This document shows, piece by piece, positions 47,111 to 56,221 of a stretch of 56,727 bases of DNA. The translations under genes were made by a program, and so were the position numbers. Within the stretch, counting starts at the first letter, position 1. Every line of letters starts with the position of its first letter. A model generated the notes under the pieces. The model made no database searches. It was given only the letters and a program-made list of their open reading frames with translations, and was not told the origin of the DNA. Source of the DNA: a virus. Lineage: Duplodnaviria; Caudoviricetes. Where the stretch lies: positions 1 through 56,727 of IMG/VR virus record IMGVR_UViG_3300027759_000110; one strand, 5' to 3'.

Positions 47111-47235
47111 TTTGTATAAGTAATGTATAACAAATGTATAAGCTGTGGATAACTTGGGGGGTGTGGAAAACCTGTGGATAACATCCTGTGGATAACTTTT
47201 GACTTATGCACAGGGTGTTGATAAACTGTGCATAA
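47111..47235. promoter_or_regulatory. DnaA-box cluster (oriC-like)
   Basis: TGTGGATAA at 47144, 47173, 47187; TGTGGAAAA 47162; TTATGCACA 47204; TGTGCATAA 47227; near-matches at 47111, 47122, 47133, 47216. Confidence 0.8.
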
Positions 47236-47308
47236 TACGAACAGTGCGTTTCCCTGCGTTGGTGATGGGGAAAGTTGGTAGATGCTAACAAATATGGAGT
47301 GTTTAAAC

Positions 47309-47977
47309 ATGACGAAGACAAGCAAGGCTGAGTACAAGGCGGAGTTGGATCAGGCACTGGACGAAGTGGATGAGTGGGCGGGTGATGAAGGCCACGCAGA
47401 ACTGAGCGAAGCGGAACAGTATGCCCATGCCGCAGAGAGACCTAAGCTAAGAAAGGATGGAGAACATAAAGGGTCAGACATAAAGAGACCAAAGCCTCTA
47501 AGCCCACGTCAAGTACTGTTCACACAGGGAGTGATACAGGGTAAAAGCCTAAGGCAAGCTTACAGGGATGCCTATGCCAACGACACAGGATCAGATGCTT
47601 CTATTAGTGCATCCGCGAACAAACTGATGAATGATCCAAGGATCAAGCACATACTAAAAGAAGCTTGGGAAGAGACGGCAGAACACCTCAGTGAAGACCT
47701 TGCCGCAAGCAAGAGATACGTATTGAAAGGACTGTTGGCACTAAGCAAGAAGGCCAAGCAAGAGGGTACTAAATTAAAAGCACTGGAACTGCTAGGCAAA
47801 GCGGCAGGGTTGTTCACCCCGACAGAGGTGCAAGACAAAGCAGTGATCACCGCAGATCAATTGAAGAGAGAACTCGCAGGGCACATGAAACTATTAGAGA
47901 GTGCCAAGGCCAACGTGCTTGACGTAGACATGAAGAGTTTAAACAGTGCTATGCCTATAGCCGAGCAGGGCGTTTAA
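47309..47977 (+). CDS. terS: Terminase small subunit
   Basis: LSPRQVLF...AYRDAY...ASANKLMNDPRI...KALELLGKAAGLF; upstream of TerL; start at ATG 47309 (GGAG RBS). Confidence 0.8.
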   Translation: MTKTSKAEYKAELDQALDEVDEWAGDEGHAELSEAEQYAHAAERPKLRKDGEHKGSDIKRPKPLSPRQVLFTQGVIQGKSLRQAYRDAYANDTGSDASISASANKLMNDPRIKHILKEAWEETAEHLSEDLAASKRYVLKGLLALSKKAKQEGTKLKALELLGKAAGLFTPTEVQDKAVITADQLKRELAGHMKLLESAKANVLDVDMKSLNSAMPIAEQGV

Positions 47978-47984
47978 ACATCGG

Positions 47985-48165
47985 CATACTCGTACCCCCA
48001 CCCGTACCCGACCCCCACTTGGCACGAGCCGACACCCCTCCTGCGTATACGCTCTAATCCACTCTTCCAAAACATGTTCCCCACTCTTCCAAAACATATC
48101 CATAGAACACCCCCCCTTCCTTTTCCATTTCAGACCCCCCGGGGGTATATATATTTTTTAAAAAA
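47985..48165. repeat. C-rich/palindromic intergenic block, candidate packaging (pac/terminus) site
   Basis: CCACTCTTCCAAAACAT direct repeat at 48059 and 48081; CGTACCC twice; ACCCCCCGGGGGT-ATATATA-TTTTTTAAAAAA stacked palindromes, between terS and terL. Confidence 0.4.
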
Positions 48166-48169
48166 GGTC

Positions 48170-48198
48170 TTGCGAACGTTCGTATTTGCGTTTAAACT
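48170..48198 (+). promoter_or_regulatory. Sigma70-like promoter with palindromic operator candidate
   Basis: TTGCGA-17 bp-TAAACT; CGAACGTTCG palindrome at 48173-48182; GTTTAAAC overlaps the -10. Confidence 0.5.
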
Positions 48199-48296
48199 CT
48201 AAACATTGGTAAGCGAGTGCCAACTTATCTGAAGACACATTGTGGTTGACAACCAAACTGAGCGGCTAGTCACCGTGTTGGGCAGTGTGTCCTCAA

Positions 48297-48527
48297 ATGA
48301 GCAAACGCAGACAGTTAGTCCTAGACTTTATCCGTGCATACATTCGGTTGCATGGTGTGTCTCCGTCTTATGAAGTTATTGCCAAAGGAATTGGATTGAG
48401 ATCTAAGTCAAACATACACCGGATCATCCACCGCCTAAAGGCGGATGGACATCTGGAGACCAAGCCTTATAAGTTCCATGCGATTAAGTTAGTGGACACT
48501 ACGGCAAAGGCTATGATGAGACTATGA
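48297..48527 (+). CDS. LexA-like winged-HTH DNA-binding domain protein (no protease domain)
   Basis: RQLVLDFIRAYIRLHGVSPSYEVIAKGIGLRSKSNIHRIIHRLKADGHL matches the LexA N-terminal domain pattern. Confidence 0.75.
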   Translation: MSKRRQLVLDFIRAYIRLHGVSPSYEVIAKGIGLRSKSNIHRIIHRLKADGHLETKPYKFHAIKLVDTTAKAMMRL

Positions 48528-50023
48528 GCTTACTCACCCACGCAGAGATAACAAAGTACTTGGGCATGGCTCCTAAGGCTTCGCCGGAGAACCGGGCTAA
48601 GATTCAGATGCTGTTGGAGATGGACAGGATTGAGCGCAGTAAAGAATCCTTTGTGTACTTCGCCTCGCAGATGTGGCCTGTGTTTATCTCTGGTGCTCAT
48701 CATAAGATCATGGCAGATGCTTTTGAGAGAGTGGCTAAGGGAGAGCTTAAGAGGCTGATCATCAATATGCCTCCCCGGCACACTAAGTCTGAGTTTGCCT
48801 CTTTCCTTCTACCTGCGTGGTTCTTAGGTAAGTTTCCACATAAGAAGATTATTCAGACTGCGCACACTGCCGAGCTTGCCACTGGATTTGGACGAAAGGT
48901 TAGGAATCTTGTTTCATCAGAACAGTATCAAAAGGTATTTCAGACTAAGCTGTCGAGCGATTCAAAGGCCGCTGGTCGTTGGAACACTAATGTGGGTGGT
49001 GATTACTTTGCTATCGGTGTTGGCGGCGCTGTTACAGGTAAGGGCGCTGATCTATTGATCATTGATGACCCCCATTCGGAGCAAGAAGCCAAACAAGGCA
49101 ACGCAGCTGTCTTTGACAATGTGTATGAATGGTTCACTTCCGGCCCCCGTCAGCGTCTACAGCCGGGCGGAGCGATCATTATTGTGATGACAAGGTGGTC
49201 TAAGAGGGACTTAACCGGTCAAATTTTAAAAAATTCGGCTAAAGACGGTGTAGATCAGTGGGAAGTCATTGATTTCCCGGCAATCATGCCCTCTGGTAGC
49301 CCTTTATGGCCCGGATTCTGGTCTTTACAGGCCCTAGAAGCCCTGAAATCTGAGCTTCCAGTGTCTAAATGGGAGGCTCAGTACCAACAGAACCCCACAT
49401 CCGAAGAGGGTGCGATCATTAAGCGCGAAAACTGGCAGCTTTGGGAGAAAGAAGATCCCCCTTCATGTGAATACATTATTCAATCTTGGGATACTGCGTT
49501 TGAAAAGAACAACCGTGCCGACTATTCAGCCTGTACAACGTGGGGTGTGTTTAAACATCCCAATAAACAGGGCGATTTAAGGCCCAACATCATTCTTCTT
49601 GATGCCTACAAAGCTCGTCTTGAGTTCCCTGAACTTAAACACAAAGCTTTGGAGATGTGGAAGGAATGGAACCCAGATACATTGATCGTTGAGAAACGTG
49701 CGGCTGGTGCTCCGCTCATCTATGAGATGAGAAAGATGGGAATACCTATGTCGGAGTATACGCCGGGCAAAGGAAACGATAAGATATCGCGTGTAAACGC
49801 TATCTCAGACTTGTTTGCATCTGGCATTGTTTGGTGTCCTGAGACTCGATGGGCAGAAGAGGTGATGGATGAACTCGCCTCCTTCCCTAATGGGGATCAT
49901 GACGACCTTGTTGACTCAAGCAGTCAAGCTTTGATGCGTTTTCGCTTGGGAGGATTCATCTCTATTGACTCTGACGAGGAAGATGAACCTACTTACCATC
50001 GCAGAAAAGTAGCGTACTACTAA
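48524..50023 (+). CDS. terL: Terminase large subunit
   Basis: NMPPRHTKS Walker A, LLIIDDP Walker B, QSWDTA and HDDLVD nuclease motifs. Confidence 0.95.
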   Translation: MSLLTHAEITKYLGMAPKASPENRAKIQMLLEMDRIERSKESFVYFASQMWPVFISGAHHKIMADAFERVAKGELKRLIINMPPRHTKSEFASFLLPAWFLGKFPHKKIIQTAHTAELATGFGRKVRNLVSSEQYQKVFQTKLSSDSKAAGRWNTNVGGDYFAIGVGGAVTGKGADLLIIDDPHSEQEAKQGNAAVFDNVYEWFTSGPRQRLQPGGAIIIVMTRWSKRDLTGQILKNSAKDGVDQWEVIDFPAIMPSGSPLWPGFWSLQALEALKSELPVSKWEAQYQQNPTSEEGAIIKRENWQLWEKEDPPSCEYIIQSWDTAFEKNNRADYSACTTWGVFKHPNKQGDLRPNIILLDAYKARLEFPELKHKALEMWKEWNPDTLIVEKRAAGAPLIYEMRKMGIPMSEYTPGKGNDKISRVNAISDLFASGIVWCPETRWAEEVMDELASFPNGDHDDLVDSSSQALMRFRLGGFISIDSDEEDEPTYHRRKVAYY

Positions 50024-50031
50024 GGAATATT

Positions 50032-52593
50032 ATGAGCATAGAGCAATCATTGAGCCAAGCCCCATTGGGTTTAAACATGTTAGAGGTAGATGAGTCTCCA
50101 ACCTTTGAGATTGAGATCGTCAACCCTGAGGGTGTAAAGATAGATATGGATGGCGTAGAGATTGATCTAATGCCAGAAGATGATGAGGAAGGCTTTGATG
50201 ACAACCTCGCAGAATACATTGATGAAGGTGAGCTTCAAAAAATTGCCACTGATTTAATTGAGATGGTTGAAGCTGATATCAATTCCAGAAAAGACTGGGT
50301 TGATATGTATGTCAAAGGTCTTGATGTTTTGGGAATGAAGTATGAAGAGCGTACTGAGCCATGGCTGGGGGCGTGTGGTGTATTTTCAACTGTTCTTACC
50401 GAAGCCGCAGTGCGCTTTCAAAGCGAAACAATTATTGAAACCTTTCCGGCTCAAGGCCCAGTTAAGACAGAAATCATTGGTGCAATTGATAAGCTCAAAG
50501 AGGAAGCAGCGGAGCGTGTCAGAGATGACATGAACTACAAACTCACGGAAGGTATGCCAGAGTACCGCCCTGAGCATGAGCGCATGTTGTATTCCTTAGG
50601 TCTGGCTGGCGCAGCTTTCAAGAAAGTCTACTACGATCCAACCATGGGCCGTCAGGCAGCCATCTTTATCCCCGCAGAAGATGTGATCATTCCTTACGGT
50701 GCTTCCAGTGCCATGACCTCCGAGCGTGTGACTCACATCATGCGCAAGACTAAGAATGATATTCGCAAGCTTCAGGTCAACGGCTTCTACCTTGATGAAG
50801 ATCTTGGCGATCCTCTTGAGTTCTACACCGACGTAGAAAAGAAGAAAGCTGAAGATCAGGGATATAACTTATCTGATGATGACCGCTACCAGATCTATGA
50901 GATCCACGTAGACTACGACCTCCCCGGTTATGAAGATGAGAACGGCATCGGTCTTCCTTACGTGATTACCTTAGAGCGCGGTACACAAACAATTTTGTCT
51001 GTTCGCCGTAACTGGGTTGAAGACGACAAACACAAACTCAAGCGCCAGCACTTTGTTCAGTACACATACGTACCCGGCTTTGGTGCTTATGGTCTGGGAT
51101 TGATTCACCTGATCGGTGGATACGCCCGTGCAGGCACATCTTTGATTCGTCAATTGGTGGACGCAGGTACATTGTCCAATCTCCCCGGAGGTCTTAAGAC
51201 TCGTGGTCTGCGCATTAAAGATGACGATACCCCAATCACTCCCGGTGAGTTCCGAGATGTGGATGTGCCCAGCGGTTCAGTCAAAGACAACATCATGGCT
51301 TTGCCATACAAGGAGCCTTCTCAGGTTCTCTTGTCTTTGTTGAATCAAATTACAGACGAGGGCAGAAGACTTGGATCTATCGCAGATATGAACATCAGCG
51401 ATATGTCTGCCAACGCCCCCGTAGGTACAACTCTGGCTCTGTTAGAGCGCCAGCTTAAGACCATGTCTGCGGTGCAAGCTCGTGTTCATTATTCAATGAA
51501 ACAAGAGTTTAAACTGCTCAAAGAAATCATCCGCGACTACACCCCTGAAGAGTACGAGTACACACCTGTATTTGGTACACCTCAGGCCAAGCGCGAAGAC
51601 TATGACATGGTGGATGTTATTCCGGTCTCCGACCCAAATTCAGCCACGATGGCTCAAAGGATCATGCAGTACCAAGCTGTGATTCAGCTGGCCCAAGGTG
51701 CTCCTCAGATCTATGACCTTCCATTGCTGCACCGTCAAATGATTGAAGTCTTGGGTATCAAGAACGCAGATAAATTGGTTCCAGTTGATGATGACCAAAC
51801 TCCTCGTGATCCCGTGTCCGAGAACATGTCATTCTTGACCGGAAAACCTACTAAGGCGTTTATCTACCAAGATCATGACGCTCACATTGGTGTACACACA
51901 ACAATGATGCAGGATCCTATTGTGATGGGACAGATTGGTCAAAGTCCTATGGCTCAGCAAATCCAAGCTGCAATCATGGCCCACGTTGCCGAGCACGTTG
52001 CATTCCAGTACCGCCAGAAGATTCAGGAACAGCTTGGAGCAACATTACCAGCACCTGATGCAAAACTGGATGAGAACGCAGAAGTTCAAATCTCTAAACT
52101 TGTGGCCCAAGCTGCAACTCAACTTCTCCAGATGGATAAAGCCAAGCAAGCTCAGCAGCAAGCGGCCCAGCAGGCTCAGGATCCAATTATCCAGATGCAG
52201 CAAGCCGAACTCCAAATCAAAGCCAAAGACGCTGAGACAAAACAACTCAAAGTTAAAGGCGACTTGCAGCTCAAAGCTGAAGAGCTATCACTCAAGGCGC
52301 AGGAAAGCGCAGCTAGAGTTGGGGAAGATCCCAATATGGCAGCAATGCGTTTACAGCAAGAAATTGCTCAGGCTCAAGAGTTACACGCTTTAGAGATGGC
52401 GGCTAAGCAGATGGAGCTTCAGCAAGCGCAGGCCCAACAGCAACAGGCTCAAGCTCAACAGCAGCAAGCCATGATGCAACAACAACAAGTTCACCAACAG
52501 AATATGGCTCATGGTGGACAAGTTCATAAGCAAAAAATGGGTCACACCGATTTAGATCAGCTTCAAAAGTTATTAAAAGGTAATAAGGAGTAA
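50032..52593 (+). CDS. Portal protein (podoviral, long C-terminal Q-rich barrel)
   Basis: 853 aa directly after TerL; AFKKVYYD, YGLGLIHL motifs; Q/A coiled-coil tail like P22 gp1. Confidence 0.88.
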   Translation: MSIEQSLSQAPLGLNMLEVDESPTFEIEIVNPEGVKIDMDGVEIDLMPEDDEEGFDDNLAEYIDEGELQKIATDLIEMVEADINSRKDWVDMYVKGLDVLGMKYEERTEPWLGACGVFSTVLTEAAVRFQSETIIETFPAQGPVKTEIIGAIDKLKEEAAERVRDDMNYKLTEGMPEYRPEHERMLYSLGLAGAAFKKVYYDPTMGRQAAIFIPAEDVIIPYGASSAMTSERVTHIMRKTKNDIRKLQVNGFYLDEDLGDPLEFYTDVEKKKAEDQGYNLSDDDRYQIYEIHVDYDLPGYEDENGIGLPYVITLERGTQTILSVRRNWVEDDKHKLKRQHFVQYTYVPGFGAYGLGLIHLIGGYARAGTSLIRQLVDAGTLSNLPGGLKTRGLRIKDDDTPITPGEFRDVDVPSGSVKDNIMALPYKEPSQVLLSLLNQITDEGRRLGSIADMNISDMSANAPVGTTLALLERQLKTMSAVQARVHYSMKQEFKLLKEIIRDYTPEEYEYTPVFGTPQAKREDYDMVDVIPVSDPNSATMAQRIMQYQAVIQLAQGAPQIYDLPLLHRQMIEVLGIKNADKLVPVDDDQTPRDPVSENMSFLTGKPTKAFIYQDHDAHIGVHTTMMQDPIVMGQIGQSPMAQQIQAAIMAHVAEHVAFQYRQKIQEQLGATLPAPDAKLDENAEVQISKLVAQAATQLLQMDKAKQAQQQAAQQAQDPIIQMQQAELQIKAKDAETKQLKVKGDLQLKAEELSLKAQESAARVGEDPNMAAMRLQQEIAQAQELHALEMAAKQMELQQAQAQQQQAQAQQQQAMMQQQQVHQQNMAHGGQVHKQKMGHTDLDQLQKLLKGNKE

Positions 52594-52595
52594 TC

Positions 52596-52790
52596 ATGGC
52601 CAATATGCTTGATGTGTTAAACAAGAAACTTGACGAACAGGTCAAGCAGTTGGTTGATGTTGTTAGTGGTGGTGGTGCGAAAACCTACGATCACTACAAA
52701 GAGCTGTGCGGAACTATCCGAGGTCTGCAAACCGCGCAGTATGAACTTGCTGACCTTGTGCGAAAAACGAAGGAATATGACGATGACTGA
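52596..52790 (+). CDS. Hypothetical protein
   Basis: AAGGAG RBS; YKELCGTIRGL motif common after portals. Confidence 0.6.
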   Translation: MANMLDVLNKKLDEQVKQLVDVVSGGGAKTYDHYKELCGTIRGLQTAQYELADLVRKTKEYDDD

Positions 52791-53190
52791 ATTTGATGTC
52801 AGTGCGGTTGATCTAAGTGGAGTGCTTAATACCTCTGCTGAAGAAAAAGCCAAACAAGTGCCCGATCCGGCCACTTACCATCTACTCTGTATGCTGCCAA
52901 AAGCAGAAGAAGAGTTTAGCGAAACCGGTATTTTAAAATCTGCTACTGCGATGTACCACGAGGAGCTTCTTTCCCCCGTGCTGTTTGTTGCAAAGATTGG
53001 CCCTGATGCGTTTAAAGACGCTACCCGCTTTCCATCTGGCGCGAGCTGTAAGGTTGGTGACTTTGTGTTAGTACGTCCTAACACGGGAACCCGCATGAAG
53101 ATTCACGGTACAGAGTGGAGGTTGATTAATGATGACTCCGTTCAGGCGGTTGTGCAAGACCCTCGTGGTATCCAACGTCCCAACATGTAA
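52783..53190 (+). CDS. groES: Phage co-chaperonin GroES-like
   Basis: TGIL...VAKIGPDAF...CKVGDFVLV...GTRMKIHGTEWRLINDDSVQAVV Cpn10 pattern. Confidence 0.8.
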   Translation: MTEFDVSAVDLSGVLNTSAEEKAKQVPDPATYHLLCMLPKAEEEFSETGILKSATAMYHEELLSPVLFVAKIGPDAFKDATRFPSGASCKVGDFVLVRPNTGTRMKIHGTEWRLINDDSVQAVVQDPRGIQRPNM

Positions 53191-53200
53191 GGAATAAATC

Positions 53201-54169
53201 ATGGCCGATACAGAAAAAACAGAATTTGAATTCCCTGATGAAGGGGAAGACAACCCCCGCAAAGGTGGAAAAGTTGTAGAAACTGAAATTGAAATTTCTT
53301 CAGATGACAAACCTGAAATTGAAGTTGTAGATGACACTCCAGAAGAGGATAAATACAGAACTCCAATGTCAGAAGCTCCGCAAGATCCTACAGAGGAAGA
53401 GCTTGCAAGCTATTCTGAGAGTGTAAAAAATAGGTTTAAACACTTTACCAAGGGCTATCACGAAGAACGCAGGGCTAAAGAGACTGCTCAACGTGAGAAA
53501 GACGAGGCTATTCGCATCGCTCAGGCGGTGTTTGAAGAAAACAAACGTCTTAAAGGCTCTGTCAATCAAAGTCAGCAAGTTCTTTTGGAACAAGCCAAGA
53601 AAACTGTTAACTCAGAGATAGAAGAGGCTAAAAGACAATATAAAGAGGCATACGAGTCTGGAGATTCAGATAAGCTGTTGGATGCACAGGAAGCACTCAC
53701 TACCGCCAAGATCCGCGCAGACAAAGTAAATAATTTTAAACCCACCCCTTTACAGGAAAGAGAAACTCCTGTACAAATGCAACCACAGCCTCAACAGGCT
53801 GCACCCGTTGACCAAAAACTACTTGCATGGCAAGACCAAAATCAGTGGTTTGGAAGTAATAAACGGATGACTTCATACGCTTTAGGGCTGCATGAAGAGC
53901 TTGTTGAGAACGGTATCAGGGTTGGCAGTGAAGAATACTATAAACGTATCGACACTGACATCCGAGAAAGATTCCCAGACCAAGTTGGAGCCGGGGAGTC
54001 CGTTGATGCGAAACCTCAACGTACCAAATCCAATATTGTTTCACCTGCTACCCGTAGTACAGCGCCTAAAAAGATCGTACTTACGCAGACACAAGTGAAT
54101 ATCGCCAAGCGGTTGGGAGTTCCTTTGGAACTGTACGCCCGTAAGGTTGCTGAAGAAATGAGGAAATGA
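53201..54169 (+). CDS. Capsid scaffolding protein
   Basis: Acidic N-terminus, long coiled coil, NQWFG, C-terminal AKRLGVPLELYA; position before capsid genes. Confidence 0.7.
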   Translation: MADTEKTEFEFPDEGEDNPRKGGKVVETEIEISSDDKPEIEVVDDTPEEDKYRTPMSEAPQDPTEEELASYSESVKNRFKHFTKGYHEERRAKETAQREKDEAIRIAQAVFEENKRLKGSVNQSQQVLLEQAKKTVNSEIEEAKRQYKEAYESGDSDKLLDAQEALTTAKIRADKVNNFKPTPLQERETPVQMQPQPQQAAPVDQKLLAWQDQNQWFGSNKRMTSYALGLHEELVENGIRVGSEEYYKRIDTDIRERFPDQVGAGESVDAKPQRTKSNIVSPATRSTAPKKIVLTQTQVNIAKRLGVPLELYARKVAEEMRK

Positions 54170-54627
54170 AAATGGAAAAATCTATTGCCCGTCAAGGCCG
54201 TGATCTGAGCACCCGCGATTCTGTAGAACGTCCAAAACATTGGATGCCTCCACAGCTTCTACCTGATCCCAATCCGGAGGATGGTTATGCGTTTCGTTGG
54301 ATTAGGATTGCGTCGCTAGGTAAAGATGATGCCACAAACATTTCCGGCAAGTTACGCGAAGGCTGGGAACCTGTTAGGGCTTCTGACCATCCCGAAATCC
54401 GTCTGTTTGGTTCTTCCAACGGGAAGTTTCCTGACAGTATTGAGGTCGGCGGTTTGTTGCTTTGCAAAACACCTGTGGAATTTACCAGTCAGCGAAATGA
54501 GTACTACCGAAAACAATCGGAAGCTCAGATGGCTTCAGTAGATAACACTTACATGCGCGAGAATGATCCGAGGATGCCTATGTTCAAAGAACGTAAGTCC
54601 ACGGTCACTTTCGGAAAAGGTCAGTAA
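54166..54627 (+). CDS. Conserved hypothetical head-module protein
   Basis: FRWIR...EGWEPV...VGGLLLCK; synteny. Confidence 0.55.
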   Translation: MKMEKSIARQGRDLSTRDSVERPKHWMPPQLLPDPNPEDGYAFRWIRIASLGKDDATNISGKLREGWEPVRASDHPEIRLFGSSNGKFPDSIEVGGLLLCKTPVEFTSQRNEYYRKQSEAQMASVDNTYMRENDPRMPMFKERKSTVTFGKGQ

Positions 54628-54644
54628 ACTTTTTGGAGTCTTAA

Positions 54645-55259
54645 ATGGCATATCCTACCGTTGATAAGACGTATGGTTTCAAGCCAGTCAACCGACTGGA
54701 CGGACTACCCTACGCCGGAGCGATCCGTCAAATCCCAATCGCACCTTCCTATGCAACAGCAATTCTGAACGGTGATACCGTTAAGGTAGACACTAACGGC
54801 TACATCGTAGCTGCTAGTACTACTGATTCAGGCGCAATTGTTGGCGTTTTGGTTGGTTGTTCTTACATCAACTCTTTGAGTCAGCCTACGTTCGCACAGA
54901 ACTATCCAGCTGCTACTTCAACTTCAACAAACATGGCTTTGGCTTTTGTTGTGGATGATCCTAGTGCTGCGTTCCGTGTTGTTGCTACAGTTGCTGGTTC
55001 CACCACTCCTACGGCTTATTCCCGTGCTTTGGTTGGTTCTAACGTCGCTTTGGTTGCTAACACTGGTTCTACTACCACTGGTGATTCGTATTATGGTATT
55101 GACGGTTCTTCCGCCAACACCACCAATACATTGCCTATTCGCGTGATTGATGTCATTCCTGACACAGCCACAGGCCCTGCAACAACTGCCGCTACAACTT
55201 ACTATGAATTCATTGTTAAGTTCAACACCGCGCAGTACAACAACACCACTGGTGTTTAA
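54645..55259 (+). CDS. Capsid decoration / minor head protein
   Basis: YGFKPV...ILNGDTV...VVDDP; T/S/A-rich beta protein just upstream of the major capsid gene. Confidence 0.6.
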   Translation: MAYPTVDKTYGFKPVNRLDGLPYAGAIRQIPIAPSYATAILNGDTVKVDTNGYIVAASTTDSGAIVGVLVGCSYINSLSQPTFAQNYPAATSTSTNMALAFVVDDPSAAFRVVATVAGSTTPTAYSRALVGSNVALVANTGSTTTGDSYYGIDGSSANTTNTLPIRVIDVIPDTATGPATTAATTYYEFIVKFNTAQYNNTTGV

Positions 55260-55272
55260 GGAGTAACTTACC

Positions 55273-56181
55273 ATGGCTATTTCACGCGCACAGCTACTTA
55301 AAGAGTTGCTCCCCGGTCTGAATGCATTGTTCGGTCTTGAGTACGCCAAATACGGCGAAGAGCACAAAGAGATCTACGAAACAGAGACATCTGAGCGTAG
55401 CTTTGAAGAAGAGACAAAACTGTCTGGTTTCTCTGCCGCTCCTGTCAAAAACGAGGGTTCTGCCATCGCTTATGACAATGCACAGGAAGCATGGACTGCA
55501 CGTTACACCCACGAAACCATTGCGATGGGCTTTTCCATCACAGAGGAAGCTGTGGAAGATAACTTGTATGACAGCCTGTCTTCACGTTATACCAAGGCTT
55601 TGGCCCGTGGTATGGCTTACACCAAGCAAGTTAAAGCCGCTTATGTGTTGAACAACGCCTTTACTGGCGGCCCAACATACGGCGACGGCGTGGTGCTTTG
55701 CTCTACTGCTCACCCCTTGGTTTCTGGTGGTACTAACAGCAATACACCTTCTACCGCTGCTGACTTGAACGAAACATCGTTGGAAAACGCTGTTATTCAG
55801 ATCGCTGGCTGGACAGATGAGCGTAGTTTGCTGATCGCCGCTAAGCCTAAGAAGCTGGTTGTTCCTCCTTCTTTGATGTTCGTTGCTACTCGTCTGCTGG
55901 AAACCGAACTCCGTGTTTCTACTGCTGACAATGATATCAACGCATTGAAGAACAATGGCTCAATCCCTGAAGGCTATACCGTAAACCACTTCTTGACAGA
56001 CACCAATGCTTGGTTCCTGTTGACAGATGTGCCTAACGGTTTGAAGCACTTCGTGCGTACCCCCATGTCTACCGGCATGGACGGTGACTTTGACACAGGT
56101 AACGTTCGTTACAAAGCCCGTGAGCGTTACAGCTTCGGCGTGTCAGATCCTTTGGGCATCTTCGGTTCACCCGGAGCCTAA
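55273..56181 (+). CDS. Major capsid protein (HK97 fold, Mu gpT-like family)
   Basis: MAISRAQLLKELLPGLNALFGLEY...KLVVPP...DTNAWFL...YKARERYSFGVSDP; AAGGAG RBS. Confidence 0.9.
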   Translation: MAISRAQLLKELLPGLNALFGLEYAKYGEEHKEIYETETSERSFEEETKLSGFSAAPVKNEGSAIAYDNAQEAWTARYTHETIAMGFSITEEAVEDNLYDSLSSRYTKALARGMAYTKQVKAAYVLNNAFTGGPTYGDGVVLCSTAHPLVSGGTNSNTPSTAADLNETSLENAVIQIAGWTDERSLLIAAKPKKLVVPPSLMFVATRLLETELRVSTADNDINALKNNGSIPEGYTVNHFLTDTNAWFLLTDVPNGLKHFVRTPMSTGMDGDFDTGNVRYKARERYSFGVSDPLGIFGSPGA

Positions 56182-56189
56182 TAGGCATC

Positions 56190-56220
56190 AAAAAAAAGGG
56201 GAGCTTCGGCTCCCTTTTTT
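56190..56220 (+). terminator. Intrinsic (bidirectional) terminator after the major capsid gene
   Basis: A-run-GGGAGC-TTCG-GCTCCC-T-run. Confidence 0.88.
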
Positions 56221-56221
56221 G

